Assembly: GCA_947646655.1 (NCBI GenBank) | Contig: CANSHI010000005.1 | Span: forward strand, 1,599-65,598 | From: an uncultured bacterium | Lineage (GTDB): Bacteria > Bacillota_I > Bacilli_A > RF39 > UBA660 | DNA: 64,000 bases | Reading direction: 5' to 3' | Part shown: piece after piece, positions 30,460 through 38,789 of the stretch | Position numbering within the stretch: the stretch's first letter is position 1 | Layout: every line of letters starts with the position of its first letter | Notes under the pieces: generated by a model | Told to the model about the DNA's origin: nothing | Seen by the model: only the letters and a program-made list of their open reading frames with translations | Database searches by the model: none | Translations under genes and position numbers: made by a program

Positions 30460-30810
30460 TCAAGTACTTATTCTTCTCTTTTGAATTATATTGCATAATA
30501 AATCTTGGATGTTCTTAGGGATTCCTTTTATTCTTAAAATAGGAGCTATTGCAAGACCAATATCAGAGCATCCTGAATATGTTCTTCTTACAAATATTTC
30601 AGCAGATGTACATGCAAATTTTTTTGTATTTTTATCAGAAATAAAATAAGAATAAAATAATTCATCAATATACTTTAAATCCTCTACATGTTCTAACGGA
30701 GGAATTTTATTAGCAAATGATATCATTTCAGGATTCGGTTCATTTTGGTCTTTATTTTCTAATAAACTTACCAAATTATTTCTATCAACTGTATTAATTA
30801 TGTTACTCAT
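30460..30810 (-). CDS. Hypothetical protein (116 aa)
   Basis: ORF only. Confidence 0.3.
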   Translation of the reverse strand: MSNIINTVDRNNLVSLLENKDQNEPNPEMISFANKIPPLEHVEDLKYIDELFYSYFISDKNTKKFACTSAEIFVRRTYSGCSDIGLAIAPILRIKGIPKNIQDLLCNIIQKRRIST

Positions 30811-30857
30811 ACGAACCTCCTCAATATTACTATTTGTGCAACACTTTATATAAAATA

Positions 30858-31046
30858 TTATACCATTAAAAAAGCAAAATCTAAACTGATTCTACTCTCA
30901 TTCTTCAAAAAATTTATTATCCTAACACCTAGTATTATAGAAATCTTATATATAGTCATAAGTGATATATTATCTCTATCATTAGTCGACTCGATACATT
31001 TTAGATGATTAACCGATACATCTAATTTTTCAGCAAGATCCATCAA
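30858..31046 (-). pseudogene. Truncated XRE-type HTH regulator remnant
   Basis: LAEKLDVSVNHLKCIE resembles the second half of the HTH in the 31595 gene (LARTLDVSLSCFF), but the protein is too short to be functional. Confidence 0.3.
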
Positions 31047-31594
31047 TCTTACACCTTTTTCGTTTCAATATTTCTGGATGTTTTGACAGATAACAGCCTT
31101 AATATTTTCATTAAAGTCAGCATACTAATTCAAAATATCACTTTCCTAATTAAAATTATAGAAAAAAACTACAAATGTAGTATTGGTGTGTTTTGTAATT
31201 TCTTTTTTTAGTAAAAAAGTGGAGCCTTTCGGCTCTGGGGGCTATTAAATTTTAATTTATTTTTATCTAAACTCACACTTTATCCTATTTTTTATAAGTT
31301 TTCTTTTTATTTTAATTTAAAAAAATTTATTTTTTCACTTTTGATTTTAAAAGTTTGTGGGGTAAATGTGGGATAAAGCACATTTTTTTAAAATTCATTC
31401 CTTACAAACCCTAGTATTTAAGGCAAAAAAGTAGTCGACATAATTAATATGCCGACTTTCAGGGGGGTGTAAAATTATGGATTTTTATAGTTTCCCATAG
31501 TTTAAAATCCCTTTATTTATAATACTTTCAGCACTTTTGAGATTTTTAGAGATTTCTAAAGTTTAATATTTTGAGTGGTAAATAAGTGGTGAAA

Positions 31595-31894
31595 TTAGTC
31601 ATTATATTTAGGGGGATTAAGTATAGGCTCTTTTAAGAAGAAGCAGGATAAACTGACATCTAAAGTACGAGCTAATCTGTCAAGAAAAACTACTGACACC
31701 CCTTGCTCTACATTTTTGGCTGTAAGGTTGTATAACATATTAGGACTACTGTCTATCTCCTCCGCCAATCTTTCAATAGTAACAAATCCTTTTTCGTTCA
31801 TTATTTTAGTGTTATTAGCATGATAACGATAATAATTGATATTCTTTCCTATTAGATTTAATAGGTCTTTTTTATCTTGGTCGGTATAATTCAT
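31595..31894 (-). CDS. XRE-family HTH protein, accessory gene at the island edge
   Basis: HTH-like ITIERLAEEIDSSPNMLYNL…LARTLDVSLSCFF. Confidence 0.45.
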   Translation of the reverse strand: MNYTDQDKKDLLNLIGKNINYYRYHANNTKIMNEKGFVTIERLAEEIDSSPNMLYNLTAKNVEQGVSVVFLDRLARTLDVSLSCFFLKEPILNPPKYND

Positions 31895-32070
31895 GTACGC
31901 CTCCTATACTAAGTCATACACTTAGTAAATCTCAGTAATAATTATCGCCAAAATATCAATTTTTAACCATAAACGTAACACTTAATTATTTTAAGTTATT
32001 TACTTAAACCATATTGCGTAAATAAGTTTATTTGTGCTATAATATAGAAGTATAGAGGAGTGAGAAAAAT

Positions 32071-32475
32071 ATGGAAAATTGGTCTGTAAAAAAACAATTA
32101 TGTTTAATCTTTGGAGGAGGAGCTGTATTACTTATATTTATTTTTTTGGTAGCTATTTTTTATGATGGAAATGGGAATAAAACCGATTTAACAGAATCGA
32201 AAGAAAATTTAGATGGACTTCAAGGAAACTGGGCAAAAGTTGATAATACTACTCGAAAAGTTGATAAATCTGAATATTTAAGTTTTGATGGAAAAGGAAA
32301 TGTTACATATTACGTAAGCGGTTATAGTTTAAATTATAATTATACTTTTGATGATAAAGTGTCTTTTGAAAATTGGTCTTGTAGTCTAAAATCGACACCT
32401 TATTCAGATGGTTCAAAACAATATAGGTTAGAATGTTGGAGTGATACAACAATAAGAGTTTTTATTAGACAATAG
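32071..32475 (+). CDS. Small membrane-anchored protein (134 aa) with an extracytoplasmic Cys-containing domain
   Basis: N-terminal TM LCLIFGGGAVLLIFIFLVAIF; C-terminal domain with paired Cys (WSCSLK…RLECWSD); strong hairpin terminator follows. Confidence 0.45.
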   Translation: MENWSVKKQLCLIFGGGAVLLIFIFLVAIFYDGNGNKTDLTESKENLDGLQGNWAKVDNTTRKVDKSEYLSFDGKGNVTYYVSGYSLNYNYTFDDKVSFENWSCSLKSTPYSDGSKQYRLECWSDTTIRVFIRQ

Positions 32476-32496
32476 CTTATATTTTGTAAAAAAATT

Positions 32497-32537
32497 AGTC
32501 CCATTGTCCGACTTGAACATCGGGACTTTTTCTTTTT
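32497..32537 (+). terminator. Rho-independent terminator of the 32071 gene
   Basis: AGTCCC…GGGACT stem followed by TTTTTCTTTTT. Confidence 0.5.
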
Positions 32538-32632
32538 CCCCTTTATTTATGGGGCAAAATAAAGATAGCCCGCGGGTTTACCACTTATTTTACCTCTATT
32601 TGACCTCAAAAATTGCATTTTTTACCAATATT

Positions 32633-32835
32633 AAGAGTTACAGAGTTACACAATTTTGTTGATCTCTTTTTGTTTTTTATTTTTTTCTTTTCTTAATTTA
32701 TTTGAAAAGAATAAAAGAAATTTTGTAACAATATAAAGACTTGGAGTATGATCCCCAAGTTTTAAAATGCTTAACTTTGGTTACAGCAATTTTTTTATTT
32801 CTGTAACTTTGTGTAGAATAAGCGTAACAAAAGAA
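32633..32835. repeat. Iteron-like cluster of GTTACA/TGTAAC hexamers, a candidate replication origin downstream of the primase operon
   Basis: GAGTTACAGAGTTACA tandem at 32635-32650, TGTAACA at 32726, GGTTACAGCAA at 32779, CTGTAAC at 32801, CGTAACA at 32822, plus a TTACAG…CTGTAA palindrome, all within about 200 bp of non-coding DNA. Confidence 0.4.
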
Positions 32836-33019
32836 ACACAATTTCATATACGCTTATGGCTGGATTATTAAATTTCTCTTGCAAGATTCTTTTAACATCA
32901 TACATAAGTTTATTACTAGCCAAATTTTCTTTTGTGATTATTGTCATTTTATAGCTACTATGAATCCACTTTCCTTTGCTATTTTTATAAATATAGAGGA
33001 CTATTGCTTCTTTCTCCAT
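32795..33019 (-). CDS. Hypothetical small protein (74 aa), abuts the primase gene
   Basis: ORF contiguous with the 33020 stop. Confidence 0.3.
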   Translation of the reverse strand: MEKEAIVLYIYKNSKGKWIHSSYKMTIITKENLASNKLMYDVKRILQEKFNNPAISVYEIVFLLLRLFYTKLQK

Positions 33020-34873
33020 TTATTCTTCCTCCTTAAATATTTTTCTAACACTTGCTCCAAACTCATCTTTTACAACTCTTGACTTATACCCTAAAGCATT
33101 TAATCTGCGACTAAAACGTGCTGGCGACAATGTTTTTAGTTTATTAGCTTGTGTATACATTTCATAATAATGATAGGCTTCTGTTACCTTTCTACCTATT
33201 ACGTGTTTAGATTGTTCCTCAAGGTAGGATAATACGCTGTCATTTTCAATATGATATTGCTTGGTAGCTTCGTTTATAGTGCTGCTTGTAGAAAGTTCTA
33301 AATCATTGTCAAAAAGCCTTTGTACTCCCTCTAACGCAAGATTAAGAATATAACTCTTTGCATTGTCTGTACTTAATTCTTCATCAATATATGGATTCCG
33401 CTTCTCGACTACATTTTCAAAAGGAACGATCACAAGTCTACGAATCAATCCATTTGACTTGTCTTTAAAGCTAGGAGGCTCATTTGCGGTAAATATAAGG
33501 CTTGCTGTATTTTTAATTGATATAGGCTTGCTATATATTGCTCTAGTGCCTATTTTATCACCACTTGCCATGGTTTTTAAATTTTTGCTTTTTTCTAAAT
33601 ATACAGAATCTACATCATCACTTACATTAACTATTTTTCCAATTAGTGATGTAAGACTTGTACCATCATCAAAATCAGCAATATCAACGTATGAAGCAAG
33701 ATCCCCTGTAAAATTAGTAATAAGTTTAATAAAGGTGCTTTTTCCGTTCTTTCCGTTTCCAGTTAAGAAAAATATCTTATGCGGAAATCTATTAACTAAA
33801 ATTATATGTCCTAATACTTCCTCTAAAACTAATCGTAAGTCCTTTTTCCCAAAAGAAATAAAATTTAGAAAAGTGTCTACATTTTCATCGTATGCGTTTT
33901 TATCATACAATACATCAAGATAGAAAGGCGTAAAATCACACTCACTCTCGACTACATGATTATTAAATATATATCCATTACGCAGCTGGATTTTAAATTT
34001 ATCATATCCGCTGTCAATTAGATCAGCATACTTATACAACTGATGATTTAATTCGCTATCTTTATTACGTGTAAGCTCAATATACTTTGCGATCTCTCTT
34101 AACAATAAAGTTTCGTTACTAATATACTTCCCATCGGTTTTGAAATATAATTGTCCGTTATATAGTTTTATATCTAGTTTTTTAACTATCCACTTGGCAG
34201 CAGAGATCATATCTTTTTTACTTCCTTTGTAGATTTCCATGTTAGACAAAGGATCACTAGCTAATACACTTTTAATTACACGATCTAGCTCATTATTTTC
34301 CATTACTTCACCGAAAATATTCTGATTGATAAATTCTCCAATCTGTGCTATATTTAGCGTAGGATAACTTTGTTTTAAACAATATAAATGTGCGTTTATA
34401 CCAACATTGCGACCATCACCATCACACATATTACTCAAATTAGTTTTAATTGATAAAGGGTACAATATAGGAGGTAATATAGGAAGATTTGTAAGAGTTA
34501 GATCTCGATTTCGTTCTCTTTCAACGCCGCAGCGTTTAACAATTCCATATTGATTTCCAGTTTTATAATCAACTTGGAAGCCTCCCGCTGTAATTACATC
34601 AGACTTTGATTTAATAACAATGTCGGAGGGTTTACTAAAATAAAAATGATAACCCTTTGTAGTAGTTATAGTAAGTGTAGGATAATTGAGCTTTATATAC
34701 TCGATTATCCCTTTTTCTTTCTCCCCATTATCACCATCAAAATCTACTAATACCACGTTATTGTTAAGCATAAGCCCAGCACTATTCAAATGATCCATAC
34801 TTGGATATGTAACATCATAGCTAGTTTTAGGAGATTTATCTTCGTTAAGTTCTATGAATCTTAATTCTGACAC
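33020..34873 (-). CDS. Phage/plasmid primase-polymerase plus SF3 helicase (P4-type, D5_N-like) replication protein
   Basis: Prim-pol motifs VVLVDFDGDN and GYHFYF in the N-terminal half; Walker A GNGKNGKST in the C-terminal half. Confidence 0.7.
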   Translation of the reverse strand: MSELRFIELNEDKSPKTSYDVTYPSMDHLNSAGLMLNNNVVLVDFDGDNGEKEKGIIEYIKLNYPTLTITTTKGYHFYFSKPSDIVIKSKSDVITAGGFQVDYKTGNQYGIVKRCGVERERNRDLTLTNLPILPPILYPLSIKTNLSNMCDGDGRNVGINAHLYCLKQSYPTLNIAQIGEFINQNIFGEVMENNELDRVIKSVLASDPLSNMEIYKGSKKDMISAAKWIVKKLDIKLYNGQLYFKTDGKYISNETLLLREIAKYIELTRNKDSELNHQLYKYADLIDSGYDKFKIQLRNGYIFNNHVVESECDFTPFYLDVLYDKNAYDENVDTFLNFISFGKKDLRLVLEEVLGHIILVNRFPHKIFFLTGNGKNGKSTFIKLITNFTGDLASYVDIADFDDGTSLTSLIGKIVNVSDDVDSVYLEKSKNLKTMASGDKIGTRAIYSKPISIKNTASLIFTANEPPSFKDKSNGLIRRLVIVPFENVVEKRNPYIDEELSTDNAKSYILNLALEGVQRLFDNDLELSTSSTINEATKQYHIENDSVLSYLEEQSKHVIGRKVTEAYHYYEMYTQANKLKTLSPARFSRRLNALGYKSRVVKDEFGASVRKIFKEEE

Positions 34874-35052
34874 AATAACCCCTCCATTTTTACATAATTG
34901 TAAAGATCCACTATATCTTTTACGCTCAAAAATATTTTGTAGTAGGAATACTTATCCAATTTTGGCGATTCATCATTTTTAATTAAGTAAAGGGTTTGCT
35001 TTTTGCCAATTTCAATGACCGCAGCTTCCCTAAAATTTCCGATTACTCTCAT
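34861..35052 (-). CDS. Hypothetical island protein (63 aa)
   Basis: Short ORF in the operon. Confidence 0.25.
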   Translation of the reverse strand: MRVIGNFREAAVIEIGKKQTLYLIKNDESPKLDKYSYYKIFLSVKDIVDLYNYVKMEGLLCQN

Positions 35053-35053
35053 T

Positions 35054-35326
35054 TTAGCTCTCCCTTTCCTCTAATTCCTCAAAAATATTATTTAAAGAGA
35101 TTTCCATAAGATCCCCAACTTCTTTAAATGACAGGTATTTTTTATTATCGAAATTTTTATCGCAAATTAAAACACTATTTTCCTTATCATTTAAAGCATA
35201 TATGTTATTTTTTGTAGTGTAGATTTCTTCACTAGTTTTAAAGAAATCAACAGGAATCTCTATTATAGAAGCAGGAACACTATTGTCATATTTTTTCATT
35301 AAATTTCGCCTCCATCTTCTTTGCAA
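35054..35326 (-). CDS. Hypothetical island protein (90 aa)
   Basis: ORF in the operon. Confidence 0.3.
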   Translation of the reverse strand: MQRRWRRNLMKKYDNSVPASIIEIPVDFFKTSEEIYTTKNNIYALNDKENSVLICDKNFDNKKYLSFKEVGDLMEISLNNIFEELEERES

Positions 35327-35571
35327 TTTATAGCATTTCCTATTATATTTCCTGTGATATATTGTAATTCTTCATCGTTTTGTATCGGCATACTATTAAG
35401 CTTCTTTTTTAGGCTTCTTAATTCTGCTTCACAATTCGCTTGCCACTCGGAAATTTTATCGAATTTCCTTTTTAATTGCCTTTCAATAGCTAAATCTATA
35501 TCGGTACAATCTTGGAATATTTTGTTCCTTTCAGAATCAACATCAATTATATCATTTTTATTTTCTTTCAT
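35299..35571 (-). CDS. Hypothetical island protein (90 aa)
   Basis: ORF in the operon. Confidence 0.3.
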   Translation of the reverse strand: MKENKNDIIDVDSERNKIFQDCTDIDLAIERQLKRKFDKISEWQANCEAELRSLKKKLNSMPIQNDEELQYITGNIIGNAINCKEDGGEI

Positions 35572-35773
35572 TTAGATTTCCTCCTTTTTTATTTATTTCT
35601 TGCGATACAATATCATATATAGTGCCAGATGATATACGCTTTTTTCCTTTTTCAAATTCACCACTTTTTCGTGATTCTTTCCTCATTTCACATATAGATT
35701 TCTCTATTAAAGTGAAACGACTATTCATTTCACTTTTAAGCTGTAAAATAGCTTTTTTTAATTCATTTTCCAT
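35558..35773 (-). CDS. Hypothetical island protein (71 aa, coiled-coil)
   Basis: ORF in the operon. Confidence 0.3.
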   Translation of the reverse strand: MENELKKAILQLKSEMNSRFTLIEKSICEMRKESRKSGEFEKGKKRISSGTIYDIVSQEINKKGGNLNERK

Positions 35774-36102
35774 TATTCTTCTCCTTTTACTTCTAATTTT
35801 TTAAGATAATCAACTATTTCATTGATATATGTAGGATTTATAGCAACTTGATTGACACCATCTTTAATAACTGTCCACTCAAAATGCAACTCCACTATTA
35901 AGCGATCCCCTATTTTTAAAGTAGGGCATATATCATAGTCTTTTCTTTGAAATTGTTGAATTTTTAACATCTGTTCTACACTCAAATATACAGGGCATAA
36001 CTTATCAGCAGCTATGATCATAATATTTTGACCTTTAATAATTACAATGTGATCTATAATATCCAAAATATCACAGTTTTCACCTTTATAAATGCTTTTC
36101 AT
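35773..36102 (-). CDS. Hypothetical island protein (109 aa)
   Basis: ORF contiguous with its neighbours. Confidence 0.3.
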   Translation of the reverse strand: MKSIYKGENCDILDIIDHIVIIKGQNIMIIAADKLCPVYLSVEQMLKIQQFQRKDYDICPTLKIGDRLIVELHFEWTVIKDGVNQVAINPTYINEIVDYLKKLEVKGEE

Positions 36103-36449
36103 TACTTTTTTACCTCCCTAATTGTTAAATCTGGGTATGAATACTCAAAGAGCTTGTTTTTAAGCATATATACATCTGTTTTAAAGCCTTTTGTATCTTC
36201 AACAATAGTTTTACCTTGTTTAAGATCAAAGTAGCTAAAATCAGCCTTATAACAGGTTTTTCTATATGCTTTATTTCCTTTTTTAAACTTTGGAATCAAC
36301 TCATATGATGGTTGCAGGACTAGATCCTTAATAATTCCTTGTGATTCTAAAGTTTTAAGCTCCTTATACCTTTTTGCTTCCAATTTTGAATCAAAAGTTA
36401 TTCCATCAACACAAGTTTTAGTATTATGGTATTTAGGTTTATTTTTCAA
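36102..36449 (-). CDS. DUF1064-family phage/satellite protein
   Basis: KTCVDGITFDSKLEAKRYKELKTLESQGII…YKADFSY…VEDTKG matches the conserved DUF1064 pattern seen in staphylococcal phages and SaPIs. Confidence 0.45.
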   Translation of the reverse strand: MKNKPKYHNTKTCVDGITFDSKLEAKRYKELKTLESQGIIKDLVLQPSYELIPKFKKGNKAYRKTCYKADFSYFDLKQGKTIVEDTKGFKTDVYMLKNKLFEYSYPDLTIREVKK

Positions 36450-36693
36450 AGTCAGCTTCCTCCTTTACTCGCTTTAAATAATTGATGTTTAAACCAAAGA
36501 ATTTTACAACATCTTCCATTTTCACGAGATTTTTTGGTAAAAATAAACCATTTAATTCTGATTCTATTCTAATTTTGCGTTTTATTTCTAACGCTGTTCC
36601 ACGACCTACTGATCCAATCGACATAATATCTTGTGTGTTTGCCCAAGGTTTTGCGATTAGATTTAAAATGTCTTTAGCTGGAATTATTCTCAT
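36439..36693 (-). CDS. Hypothetical island protein (84 aa)
   Basis: ORF overlapping the downstream gene. Confidence 0.3.
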   Translation of the reverse strand: MRIIPAKDILNLIAKPWANTQDIMSIGSVGRGTALEIKRKIRIESELNGLFLPKNLVKMEDVVKFFGLNINYLKRVKEEADFEK

Positions 36694-36711
36694 TTTTCAC
36701 TATTCCTTTCA

Positions 36712-36927
36712 TTATTTCGGCGATTCGTTCGTTTTAGAGGGCAAAAAAATAATATCCTCAAATTTCATGTTGCTAGCTGTAAGAATTTTCATTATTATTG
36801 GGGCTGTTGGATATGTCTTAAACTTCTCATAGTTTCTTATAGTATCAACACTAACACCATATTGCTCCGCTGCTTCTTCTAAAGACCACCCTAAATTTAC
36901 TCTTATAGCCTTTAAAGTCATCTTCAA
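36712..36927 (-). CDS. Cro-like XRE-family HTH regulator
   Basis: 71-aa HTH (LKAIRVNLGWSLEEAAEQYGVSVDTIRNYE), divergent from the cI-like gene. Confidence 0.6.
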   Translation of the reverse strand: MKMTLKAIRVNLGWSLEEAAEQYGVSVDTIRNYEKFKTYPTAPIIMKILTASNMKFEDIIFLPSKTNESPK

Positions 36928-37106
36928 TAAACTTCCTCCTCTCTTGGCTGACTGATGTCTATTTTAATTAAATTTTTCCAAAAGTCAAGCACTATTTTAC
37001 GATTAATTATCAATTTTTGTTTATTTATATCTTTTTTGAATAACGAATCGTTGACAAATCTCATAATTTATGGTAATATATTCTTGTAATTGAAAGAGGA
37101 GATACT

Positions 37107-37463
37107 ATGGATAAAAGTAAGATTAAAATATTTAGTACTAATCTATCATACTATATGAAATTAAACGGGAAAAAAAGGCAAGATGTTGCTAAAGATTTAA
37201 ACTTTCCGTATTCTTCATTAAGAGATTGGGAAAAAGGAATCTGTTATGCACAAATAGACAAAATAAAAAAACTTGCTGATTACTTCAATATTTCAATAAA
37301 CGATTTAATAGAAGATCGTAACAGGGCTACACTAATAAAAAATATCAAAGAATCTGAAGAATCTAAACTAATAGAAGAAATTATAGAAGAACTCCCAAGT
37401 TTATCAAAAGAAAAACTTAAACATATTAAAACAACAATAGCTTTATTAAAAGAAAGCAAATAA
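37107..37463 (+). CDS. cI/Stl-like XRE-family HTH repressor
   Basis: HTH FSTNLSYYMKLNGKKRQDVAKDLNFPYSSLRDWEKG; GAGGAG RBS; divergent from the Cro-like gene and followed by the integrase. Confidence 0.6.
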   Translation: MDKSKIKIFSTNLSYYMKLNGKKRQDVAKDLNFPYSSLRDWEKGICYAQIDKIKKLADYFNISINDLIEDRNRATLIKNIKESEESKLIEEIIEELPSLSKEKLKHIKTTIALLKESK

Positions 37464-37604
37464 AAAAGAGCTAGTACTGGTAATACTAACTCGAACGCTA
37501 TATAGCGTACACAAGAAAAAATAATCCCAGCTAAAGACATTTCTTTTTGTGTACCTCTATTATAGCATTTAACAAAAAATATTGCAATTATGGAGGTTAT
37601 AAAA

Positions 37605-38714
37605 ATGGCAGTATATCAAGAAAAAAATAAAAATAAATGGACTAAAGATGGCAGGAGTTGGTATTTTAGAACACCATATGTTGATCTAACAGGAAAACGC
37701 AAACAATATTGGAGCTGTTTCTACTTAACAAAAAAAGAAGCTCAAGAGGGAGAAAGACAATTTCTAGCTTCTGTTAAAAATAAAGTAGATAATACTAGTA
37801 TGACTTTTGAAGAATTATGTTCAGCTTTTTACAAACATCAAGAAGAAGAAGTTAAAGAAACTACACTTCAAACATATAAAGATCGTAAACCATTTTTAGA
37901 GTATTTATATCATATTAAATTAGTAGATTTTAACATCAATCATTTTGAAATGTGGAAAAAGAAAATCAATGAAAAGAAAATTGCTACTAGTTATAAAAAT
38001 GACATATTAAAATTTTTAAAAGCTATACTTAACTTTGGTACAAAAAGATACAATTTTAATTTTACAGCAGTATATAATCAAATGAAAAATTTTAAAGATC
38101 CTAATGGAATAAAGAAAGACATGGATTATTATACTCATGAGGAATTTTTACAATTTATAAGTTATGAAACTGACTTAAAATACAAATGTTTATTTGAAAC
38201 ACTTTATTATTGTGGTTTAAGAAATGGTGAAATGAGAGGAATCACTTGGGAAGATATAGACTTTAATAAAAAGACTATTAGTATTAACAAGCAGATTCCA
38301 ACTCGTTATACAAGTAAAAATTGGAAATTTACAAGTCCTAAAACTAAAAATAGTATAAGAACATTACCTATTCCTAATATACTTTTAGAACATCTTAAAA
38401 TACTTTATAGTAAAGAATCTCAATATAAAAATTTTAAGTCTACATGGTTTGTATTTGGACAAGCTGATGTTCCAATCGTTGCAGATAATCCAAGTTATAG
38501 ACAAGAGGTTATCTGTAAAAATGCCAACATCAAGAAAATCAGAATACATGATTTTAGACACAGCTGTGCTTCACTTTTAATTAACAAAGGTGCTAATGTA
38601 ACAATCGTTGCAAAATACCTAGGACATACAAAGATAGATGAAACACTAAATACCTATACTCATATGTTTGGAAGTGCTTTAGACCAAGTTGTAGATCTTA
38701 TAAATAATTTATAA
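37605..38714 (+). CDS. int: Tyrosine site-specific recombinase (phage-type integrase)
   Basis: C-terminal catalytic region with R…HDFRHSCASLL…GH…YTH (R-H-R-Y signature). Probable start is MAVYQEK with a GGAGG RBS. Confidence 0.85.
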   Translation: MAVYQEKNKNKWTKDGRSWYFRTPYVDLTGKRKQYWSCFYLTKKEAQEGERQFLASVKNKVDNTSMTFEELCSAFYKHQEEEVKETTLQTYKDRKPFLEYLYHIKLVDFNINHFEMWKKKINEKKIATSYKNDILKFLKAILNFGTKRYNFNFTAVYNQMKNFKDPNGIKKDMDYYTHEEFLQFISYETDLKYKCLFETLYYCGLRNGEMRGITWEDIDFNKKTISINKQIPTRYTSKNWKFTSPKTKNSIRTLPIPNILLEHLKILYSKESQYKNFKSTWFVFGQADVPIVADNPSYRQEVICKNANIKKIRIHDFRHSCASLLINKGANVTIVAKYLGHTKIDETLNTYTHMFGSALDQVVDLINNL

Positions 38715-38750
38715 AATAAGTGGTGAATAAGTGGTAAAGCCACTTTTTTT
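38714..38750 (+). repeat. Tandem ATAAGTGGT(G/A)AA units directly after the int stop, overlapping the int terminator hairpin
   Basis: AAATAAGTGGTGAATAAGTGGTAAAGCCAC followed by T7. The same 14-mer AAATAAGTGGTGAA occurs at 31580-31593, and an inverted copy at 32577-32594. Confidence 0.4.
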
Positions 38751-38789
38751 AAAAGCTAAAACCTCCCAATCCCTTATAAATACTGGGAT

